The notes beneath the pieces were generated by a model. The model was given only the letters and a program-made list of their open reading frames with translations. It had not been told where the DNA came from and ran no database searches. A program made the translations under genes and the position numbers. From Prorocentrum cordatum (lineage: Eukaryota), in assembly GCA_963575745.1 (NCBI GenBank), contig CAUYUJ010000198.1:62001-116933 (forward strand): 54,933 nucleotides of DNA, in the 5' to 3' direction. Of the stretch, positions 47,535 to 54,933 are shown piece after piece (within the stretch, counting starts at the first letter, position 1; the number at the start of each line of letters is the position of its first letter).

Positions 47535-48122
47535 CGTCGTCGTCTTCTGTCTTTCCTCGTCGTCGTCGTCGTCGTCTTGGCGTCGTCGTCGCTTCCGTCG
47601 TTGTTGTCGCCGTGGTCGTCCTTCCTCCCTCGTCGTCTTCGTCGGCGTCTCGTCGTTGTCCCTCCTATTTCGTCGCCGTCGTCGTCGTCGTCGTCGTGGT
47701 CTTTACTCCTCCCTCGTCGTTATCCTCCTCCCTCGACGTCGTCGTCGTCCGTCGTCGGCGTCTCGTCGTCGTCCCTCCTATTTCGTCGCCGTCGTCGTCG
47801 TCTTCGTCGTCGTTGTCGTCGTCATCGTCTTCCCTCCTCCCTCGTCGTTGTCGTCGTCGACGTCGCCGTCCTTCCTCCTTCTTCGTCGTTCGCGTCGTCG
47901 CCGTCTTCCCTCCTCCATCGTCGTTGTCGTCGTTGTCGCCGTCGTTGTTTTTTCTCCTCGTCGTCACGTCGTCGTCTCCGTTGGCGACGTCGTCGTCGTC
48001 TTCGTCGTCGTCGTCGGCGTCGGCGTCGTCGTCGTCTTCGTCGACGTCGGCGGTGTCGTCGTAGTCGGTGTCTGCGGCGCCGTCGTCTTCGTTGTCGCTG
48101 TCGCTGTCGTCGTCGGTGTCGT
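47465..48122. repeat. Long degenerate (GTC)n simple repeat
   Basis: Directly visible. Confidence 0.95.
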
Positions 48123-48516
48123 GGCCAAGTGCCATGTGGTACCTACCGTCACGGTCTTGTCTTAAGAAGTCTTGCGGCCAAGTTGCGGGTGGGAGGGTGG
48201 GATGTTTGCACGAGCAGTAGAGAGGACAGCTTCAAGACGGTCAAAGTGCATTGCACAACGTAGATTGTACCACATTGACTGCACAACGTTTGCTGCAACG
48301 CATCGATTGTACAACACTGGTTGGATATCACAATCTGTGCATCATATATACCATGTATGTTGCACAACACATGTTTGGCAGCGGCGCTTGCCCAACCTAC
48401 ATTCAACAACACAGACTGCACCACATCTATAGCATAGATTGCACCGCGCAGGTTGCACCACGTACATTGCACCACATAGAACACACAACGTAGATTGCAT
48501 GATATATATATATATA

Positions 48517-48637
48517 TGCTCTGAACACTCTCGCTTGCCAACGCAGATGGATTTTCCAGAGAGGTAGCAGGCTGCCAAGGGTGGACGACACTGGTGCTTG
48601 CTGCGAACGGAACTTATAACAGAGCGCGCTCGCTCCC
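48517..48637 (-). repeat. Terminal repeat B2
   Basis: 121 bp, one mismatch to 48787-48907. Confidence 0.95.
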
Positions 48638-48695
48638 CAGCTTTGACGACACATATAATGAAACAAAGGAAAGCAGGAGGAGGGGAGGGTGGTGG

Positions 48696-48786
48696 TGCAC
48701 TTGAGCCCGATGTCCATGGATGCACATCGGTTTATCGAGGCGGCCGCGCTACAACCTAGAGCACTAACGTTCGAAAAACTGAACCC
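48696..48786 (-). repeat. Internal repeat A2
   Basis: 48696-48748 matches 54881-54933 with one mismatch; the extension to 48786 is inferred. Confidence 0.85.
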
Positions 48787-48907
48787 TGCTCTGAACACTT
48801 TCGCTTGCCAACGCAGATGGATTTTCCAGAGAGGTAGCAGGCTGCCAAGGGTGGACGACACTGGTGCTTGCTGCGAACGGAACTTATAACAGAGCGCGCT
48901 CGCTCCC
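48787..48907 (-). repeat. Internal repeat B1
   Basis: Matches B2. Confidence 0.95.
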
Positions 48908-48947
48908 ATCTTCCCGAATCAATTCTGGCCAAGCCGCATGAGCTTGC

Positions 48948-49780
48948 TCACAAAGTCAAAGACGCGAGATGAATGAGCTGGATTCGGTCGGCAGCCTGCA
49001 CAAGCAACGAAGCGGCACCCAGGGCGAAGGAGTCAGGGTACTCTTCTGCCCGGGCTGTAAGGTTCTTGGGGTCCCCGGGTCCGCGGCCCTGGAGGGCCAC
49101 GCGAGGCCGGGGCGTGCGACTGCGCATCCCTTGGACCCCAGAACACCGTTTGCAAAGTGCTTTAGGCGGAGCCCCTACATTCCACCCCGCGACTTTAGTG
49201 GGCTTCTTCCAGGCACGATTATGTTGGCACATGTGTGTCACAAACTCTTTACAACTGTCTAGGCGCGTGAGGTCTAGAAGGGCGGGACACTGCCAGAGGA
49301 GACTAGACTGGGGGTTCTCCATTGCCACTGGGATCCCTGCCTTCAAGCACGCCCGAATCACACATACTGAAAAGAGAGCTGTTGCATTGCCGAACTGTAC
49401 TTTGACTGCGTTTTTGTCAGAGAGGTCGGGCCGACCATATATATGCTGAGGCGTGCGGTATGTGTTTCGGCTGGCAACGCTCCACGTCGAACACGGGGGG
49501 GCGAGCCGCGCGGCCCGCGCGACACGACTCCCGATCCAACCTCGAATTACTTTAAGAGCTGCGTCGGATGACAGATCAAAAGCAGGGTCAGCCTTGACAT
49601 CGAGACGGAGGGCCGGCAGTCCGCTCAACCTCTCCAGCCATTTTCCGACACGGCCTGTCCCCGCAAAAAGATCCAGAAAAGTCTGTGCCCTCCGAGGCTG
49701 GCGGCCTAGCGCCTGGTCTAACGCGGCCCTGAGCCTGCGTCTGACCGACGCGGCCGACAGCTGGAGGGCAGAGGCAAGAG
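48948..49780 (-). CDS. Retrotransposon-encoded C5 cytosine DNA methyltransferase domain (start uncertain)
   Basis: Motif I FLDLFAGTGRVG, motif IV LAPPCSTWS (catalytic PC), motif VI AMENP, then HMCQH...KKPT and AEEYP; the frame is open to the stop at 48948. Confidence 0.85.
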
Positions 49781-51150
49781 TGTCTCCTGAGCGCCAGAGC
49801 TGGCCGGCGGCCAACGCCGCGGCCTTTTTGCCCCTGGAGGCGCGGCCACGGCCTTGCGCTTGCTGATCAGCGCCTCGAAGTTGGCATCCACGTAGTCTCC
49901 GTACTGCTTCGTGTCGGCCGCCAGCTGGTCTAACTCGCGGAGATACCTCGTGTGCTTTTTGTACCGTCGTGTTGACGACTCCTGAGCATGCCTCAGCCTC
50001 TCCTGGATGGTCTTCATGTCTCGATTCTGGTGGAGAGCGTCGGCGCTGGCGGCTCCGTGGCGCACCTGGTAGGGGTTCAAGTCCGGGAGGCCAGCCAACT
50101 GCGCCACCTTGCGGAACAGCACTCGGAATTGCGCGGCTGAGAAGGACCAACAAGGCTGACTCGGGCCCCGGCCGGCGTACCCAGCGCTTGCTGCAGAGCG
50201 GCCCCATCGCCGTCACCCCCCGTCGCTGTCCAAGCAGGCAAGAAATATAAAAAGAGAGAAATAAAAAAAAGGAAAAAAAAAGAAGTGCCCTCGTCCTCCA
50301 CTGTCCGGTCTTCTCCTGGTCTGCTCTCTCCTCGGGTACAGGAATCAGCGCCTTGTGAAGACACCGCCGTGGACCGCTGGTGCGGGATTGAGCGAAGAGC
50401 CGGCCATGGAGATCAAGTCGCTGGGGAGCCCGACTGTAGGTTTGCGCACCACTGCCACCTCCAGGGCCCATCGCCAGCTCTGCAATTCACCCAAATACCG
50501 CGCAGCGCCCACCTAGCCCCCAGCCCTGGCCGCGGCAGGGGCCGCCGCGACCTGGCCGGGGGGGCCCGCTTGCGGAAGCCTCTCAAGGCTGCGCGGGCCC
50601 TGGGCAGCGCCTCCACGGACTGGTACAGCCCGTGCACGTCGTAGTACTTGACGGCTACTATCAGCTTTTCTCCTTGATCGTGATTGTAGCCCTCGAAGAA
50701 GAGCGAGTCCATGTGGGCGGACAGGGCCTGGTCCATCTCCTCTGGCGTCTCCAACTTGAGGTCCTGCTCCTCGGCCCACCTCTCGAACTCGCTCAGGATG
50801 ACCCGGTAGTAGGCCACCGTCTGCGGCTGTGCCCGCGATGCCTGCATGTAACCCAGGCCCGCGGCCGCCGCCTCCTGAGCTGCCTCTCTCTGCGTCTGCC
50901 TCAGCGTCGCTCGTCGGCTCCTCCTCGCCTGAGCTGCTTGAAAAGCTGCTCCACGCCGCCACGGCAGCTCCACTTGGTGGCGACTCGGCTGGCTCGACCC
51001 GCCGACCGAAGGCCGCAGCAGGCTCGTCCAGCCAGGTGTCCCCGAGGCCGCAGAGGCCGGCCGCCTCTGCCCCGCCTGGCTGGCGGAGGAGGTGGTTGTC
51101 GATCTCCCCCTCGAGCGCCAGGTCGAGGCGGGCGGCGGCCGCGTGAGCAT
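49718..51150 (-). pseudogene. Tyrosine recombinase ORF, frameshifted in 50120-50520
   Basis: N-terminal TVAYYRVILSEFERWA...MDQALSAHMDSLFFEGY...LPRARAALRGF; central EKTG; C-terminal PYQVRHGAAS...ERLRHAQESSTRRYKK (RH box and catalytic Tyr). Confidence 0.85.
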
Positions 51151-53276
51151 CAAGGTACCATGCCGATCGTGGATCTGACCGTGGGTCCCGCGGCTCGGGC
51201 CGAGATGGCCAAGCTCTCGACGGTCGGTCTGCTGGGTTAATCTCTGACGCTATCCATCTGAAACAACAGTGAACGTTGGCAAACAAACTGAGTGCACGAA
51301 CCTCTTGGCACGTACGATTGACTGTTGAAGTAGATCCCCGGCCCTTGCTGAGGGCCAACACCATGGACATGTTATCACAAAGGAACAAGTGACGAGCTCC
51401 CTGGGATGCCCGGGAACGTAGACGATGCCGAAGCCCCAGTACAACCCCTCGCCCCTCAGTACGCAGGATGTTCTCATGACGAAGCCAACGACCTTTTGCG
51501 CACAGGCGCCAGCTGCTGTCGTCGCCCATCTGGCTGGGCGTGATATGGTCGAAAGTGACTCCTGCCTGGCGAGACATTGGACGCTTTGGTCCCTGCTCCT
51601 GCGGCAGGCCGAGCGTCTGGGCGCGAGCAGCGATGGTATCTGAGACACACCACCGCCACTTCTCGGCCTGGCCCGCCGCGGCCCTCACGCTCTCCAGGTC
51701 CCAGTCGGTCTCCATCACGCCGTACCCGCCGAAGTCGTGGCGGCTGGCCCCCGAGGCGTCGGACGCGGTCACGACCGCGCTGTAGGGCCGCTTGGCGTCC
51801 ACGAACGCGAAGCAGACCAAGGCCGCGGCCCGCCGCAGCTCGGCCTCCACGCAGGGCCAGAGCCTCCACCTCCTGGAGCCTGCCAGGGCGATGTACCTGT
51901 AGGTCTGCGCGAACACACTCAGCAGTTCACGCCGCAGGATCGCTGGCCAAGGAGATGCCGAAGCTCGTCTCCCGAGGCCCACCCGCGGGAGGCCGTGTGC
52001 AGGAGAGCCAACCTCAACTTCCACGTCCGTGACCGAGAAAGCCGTATCTTGCCAGAGGCGACCTCGAAGCTCAGGCCTGCGAAGGTGGTGTCCGAGCCAG
52101 CCGCCTCCACGCCCTTGCACTTCAGGCCCAGCGCCTCCAGCTTCGCGGCGACCCGCTCGCAGTCGGAGGTCACCAGGTCAGCCCCCAGCCCCACCACAGC
52201 GACTCCGTCCACGTAGACGGCCACACGGTTGCGGTCCGTCACTGACGGGGCTGCACGGCGGTCCTGGATGAAATCGGAGAGGGCGAAGCCAGCAGCCTGA
52301 ACACCAGCCATCACCATGCATTGGCAAAAGTAGAGACTCCACGTCCACCCCATGGGAAGCACCTCTAGGCAAGGTGACGCCCACGTCTCGATCCCTGGCG
52401 GCAGCTGATCTGAGAGGTCAGGCCTCAGCTTCAGCAGGGTGGGAAGGTGGACAGCTCTCAAAACGAACATCTCCTGCGCCCCCCGCGGCAAGCCGATCCT
52501 GTAGAACGCGTTGTCCACGTCGGCCTGGGCGAGGTGCAGCTCCTGGTCCATGGGGACCTCCAACGCCGACCAAGCCCCCGCCGTCGGGAGCACTGTGTGC
52601 GCTGGAGCTTCAAACAAGTCATTGACACGCCGAGGGTCAATAATTAAACGCTGCATACCATTCGATTTGTGCACAAAGAACGCGCCCACGGTCTCCCCCC
52701 GCTGCTGCTTCAGGGAGACCACGCCGGCGTCCAACAGGTCACCGACAAACTGGGCGTAGGTAGATCGGGAACGGAACTTGCCGTCGTAGTGGGGCTTGGG
52801 CGCCTGGCTGCCGCCCTCGGGCTGTCGCTTCAACAGCTGCCTCCATCCTACCTATTGCTGCAAAGCTTCTCCCTCCAGGATGCGGCTCCCATCGACGAGG
52901 GCGCCCCCCTTCGGCAGAGAGACCAGGGACCGGTCGTAGGACGCGATGTGCTCCGGCTCGAAGACGTAGCCGTGCCCAGGTCCGCACAGCTCTCGATGGG
53001 CTGCCGCGGCGGTGCAAGCTGGCGGTGGCCCGGCGTCCTCCACCACGCGCCTGACGTGCTCCAACCCGCACTCCTGCGCGAGCGAAGACTTGCCATTGGC
53101 AGCGACCCGTGGCCGTACAGCTCATTAATTGAAACCAGAACTTCCTGCATCCAGGCGTGGAGGTGCTCCTTCTTGCGGAGTCGGCCCCTCGCAGCTCGGC
53201 TGCAGGCGCCCACAGGGGGCGCGGGCGGCGGGCCCGCAGGGATAGCCACTGGAAGCAGCTCCCGCGGGACCGCCAT
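50513..53276 (-). pseudogene. pol: DIRS-type reverse transcriptase + RNase H, disrupted
   Basis: GAFFVHKSNGMQRLIIDPRRVN, ADVDNAFY, LPMGWTWS, VYVDG; RNase H ASDAS, TEG, LCDN, WIASEINPADRPSR. Frameshifts near 53080 and 51950 and an in-frame TAG at 52852. The tail overlaps the YR ORF. Confidence 0.9.
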
Positions 53277-53290
53277 GGGAGCGCCGTAGG

Positions 53291-54649
53291 CTACTTGGCC
53301 CCCCGGCCGCCACCGCGGCCGCGTCCTCCGCCGGCGCCTCCGTCGCCAGCAGGTGCAGTCTCACCGACCTTGTCCATCAGCCTGCGGATCTCGGCGGCCT
53401 GGGCGTTCACCTTCTGCTGCAGCCCCTGGGCCGCTGCGGATGAGCTCCCACCCGCACCCCCTCCGCCGGGGGCACGGCTTGCCTGCCTCTCCTCCTTCAA
53501 CTTCCTGCGCTCCTTCATCACGGCGGCCTCCTTGTGGAGCTGCTCGGTGATGTGGTCCGAGAGGTCCGGGCTCACCATCACCAGGCCGCGCGTGAGGCCG
53601 GCCCCCATGTACAGGAACTCATCCTCCGCGAACTCGTCCCCGCCGTGCTTCCCCAGGATCTTGTCACGATACCGCATCTCCGCGAGCTGCGCCCTCCTCA
53701 AGAGCAGCTCGAAACTCGCTAGCTCGGTGATGTTGAGCTGGTCGTACACCACGGCGAGCTCTATCATTCTCATCGCCAGCTCGTGGTCCTGACAACCGAT
53801 GTCCTGACCACCAACCCCCGCTTCATGTCTCCATTTCGTGTGCCGCGCGCGGGGGTGGGTGTCTTGCTCAGCAATGAACTCGAGACACCACCGGGCGGTC
53901 CTGGGGCCAAGGATTGGCCACGCCGCCCAGCTTGTCTCAGTCATCTCTCTCACACTATCTTTGAATGGGCGCCATCTCTCTCCACTCGGGCTCTGGACGA
54001 TGCTGAGCACGCGGGCATCCGAGTCCAGGTCGTCCTCGACGCCTGAGCTCCTCCGCAGCAGCAGCACCTCTGAGCCCTTCACGGCGAGGGCGCCGACGTC
54101 GCAGACAGCGGACTCATCAACGTTCAGGCTACCCAGCAGCGTCTTGCGGGGGGTGCCGCCCGTGCTCCAGACGACCTGCCAGCCGTCGGGCGTCGGGGAC
54201 GGCAGCGTCCGCGATCCGACCTCAATCAGATTCGCCACCGCTCCACCCCCAGCTGCCACTACTGCCAGCCGCGGCTCCAGCCACTGGTCGCCGATGCACA
54301 GCTTGATCATCTTGGCGAACTCCAGCGGCGTGGCGCTCCAGTCCGTGCCATACACGCGCGTGCGGTTGGTGAACCGGGTGCCGAGGAGCGTCGCCCGATC
54401 TGGTCGGCCCTCGTCGTCGCACAGGATCAACCCGCTGAGCGGGCCCACGTCCAGGCAGTGAGGGTAGGCGTCGCCGTCTGGGGTCCCGCACCACCATATC
54501 TTCCCTGCTGTTATCTGATCGGGAGTCGCTTGAACTTCCATGATAGCCTGCAGCTCGGCGGCGGTGGCGGGAGCGATGGCGACGCGGGCCTGCCAGCCCT
54601 GCCCATCCCCCCACTGCACGAGCAGCCTCCTGCCGGCTTCCACAGCCAT
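53291..54649 (-). CDS. Gag-like ORF1 of the YR retrotransposon
   Basis: Long open frame immediately upstream of pol, with DARVLSI, WPILGPRTARWCLEFI, YDQLNITELASFELLLRRAQLAE and a KERRKLKEER coiled tail. ATG at 54649. Confidence 0.82.
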   Translation of the reverse strand: MAVEAGRRLLVQWGDGQGWQARVAIAPATAAELQAIMEVQATPDQITAGKIWWCGTPDGDAYPHCLDVGPLSGLILCDDEGRPDRATLLGTRFTNRTRVYGTDWSATPLEFAKMIKLCIGDQWLEPRLAVVAAGGGAVANLIEVGSRTLPSPTPDGWQVVWSTGGTPRKTLLGSLNVDESAVCDVGALAVKGSEVLLLRRSSGVEDDLDSDARVLSIVQSPSGERWRPFKDSVREMTETSWAAWPILGPRTARWCLEFIAEQDTHPRARHTKWRHEAGVGGQDIGCQDHELAMRMIELAVVYDQLNITELASFELLLRRAQLAEMRYRDKILGKHGGDEFAEDEFLYMGAGLTRGLVMVSPDLSDHITEQLHKEAAVMKERRKLKEERQASRAPGGGGAGGSSSAAAQGLQQKVNAQAAEIRRLMDKVGETAPAGDGGAGGGRGRGGGRGAK

Positions 54650-54880
54650 GGGGACACCCACAGCACAATGCACTCGCCAGGAGGAAGCCGAGGATGAACG
54701 AGGTGCTCGCCAGGCCCCGCGTCCCGCCGAAGAGATCCAGCACAGCTACGCACTCGCCCGTGCTCGCAACCACGGGCGCCAACACACTTCTGATCGTCTG
54801 AGAGGCTGTCCAGCCTCGGGAGAGAATGTTCCAAGAATTGGAAAGAAGGGCAAGCTGCATGCGGACTGGCCGCAAATTAA

Positions 54881-54933
54881 TGCACTTGAGCCCGATGTCC
54901 ATGGATGCACATCGGTTTATCGAGGCGGCTGCG
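54881..54933 (-). repeat. Terminal repeat A1, truncated by the window end
   Basis: Matches 48696-48748. Confidence 0.9.

Larger units (their letters stand above)
48517..54933 (-). mobile_element. Tyrosine-recombinase (DIRS-order) retrotransposon with split direct repeats (PAT/Ngaro architecture) carrying a C5 DNA methyltransferase; 5' end runs slightly past the window
   Basis: Minus-strand order: A1 - gag - RT/RNase H - YR - DNMT - B1 - A2 - B2. The 3' end abuts a (TA)n run. Confidence 0.92.

Noticed and set aside
48948..50471. 507-aa ORF read as a single YR-DNMT fusion
   Set aside because: Its 5' part crosses the frameshifted YR region, and the YR catalytic C-terminus is in another frame (49718-50122).
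52201..52213. 13-nt identity between the RT YVDGV codons (CGTGGACGGAGTC) and the terminal hairpin consensus
   Set aside because: There is no complete second arm or CTAG and it is embedded in-frame in RT; I treat it as a post-hoc coincidence.
54885..54892. GGCTCAAG (SL 3' end) in the A repeat upstream of gag
   Set aside because: Only 8 nt, expected by chance; it also occurs at ~16989 in satellite, and the rest of the SL is absent.

Overview
This is eukaryotic, GC-rich, repeat-dominated DNA, almost certainly from a dinoflagellate: it carries a near-perfect relict spliced leader at 3463-3485 (-) and dinoflagellate-type PPR motifs. A Prorocentrum-like source is my inference. I see no intact host gene, rRNA, tRNA or CRISPR array, and most ORFs in the track are artefacts of GC-rich minisatellites. 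The left end (1-3.5 kb) holds the 3' part of a LINE ORF2 with a 3' stem-loop, plus an SL-capped decayed retrocopy. The right end (48.5-54.9 kb, -) is a nearly complete tyrosine-recombinase retrotransposon with split direct repeats (A1...B1-A2-B2) encoding gag, RT/RNase H, YR and a C5 DNA methyltransferase. The main candidate novelty lies between 5 and 45 kb: about 14 co-oriented minus-strand copies of a hairpin + 8 nt + CTAG|T motif, matching the canonical Helitron 3' terminus, with compensatory stem changes. Each copy sits at the same Ile-Ser-Tyr position of a PPR repeat. The opposite junctions begin with a +2-nt frameshifted PPR mimic, usually TC-led. This suggests a family of PPR-targeting rolling-circle elements that stack head-to-tail and fragment PPR arrays. 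Also present are a ~180-bp satellite with a palindrome whose 7-bp core occurs in both orientations, foldback elements, a decayed unidentified coding island and many micro/minisatellites.
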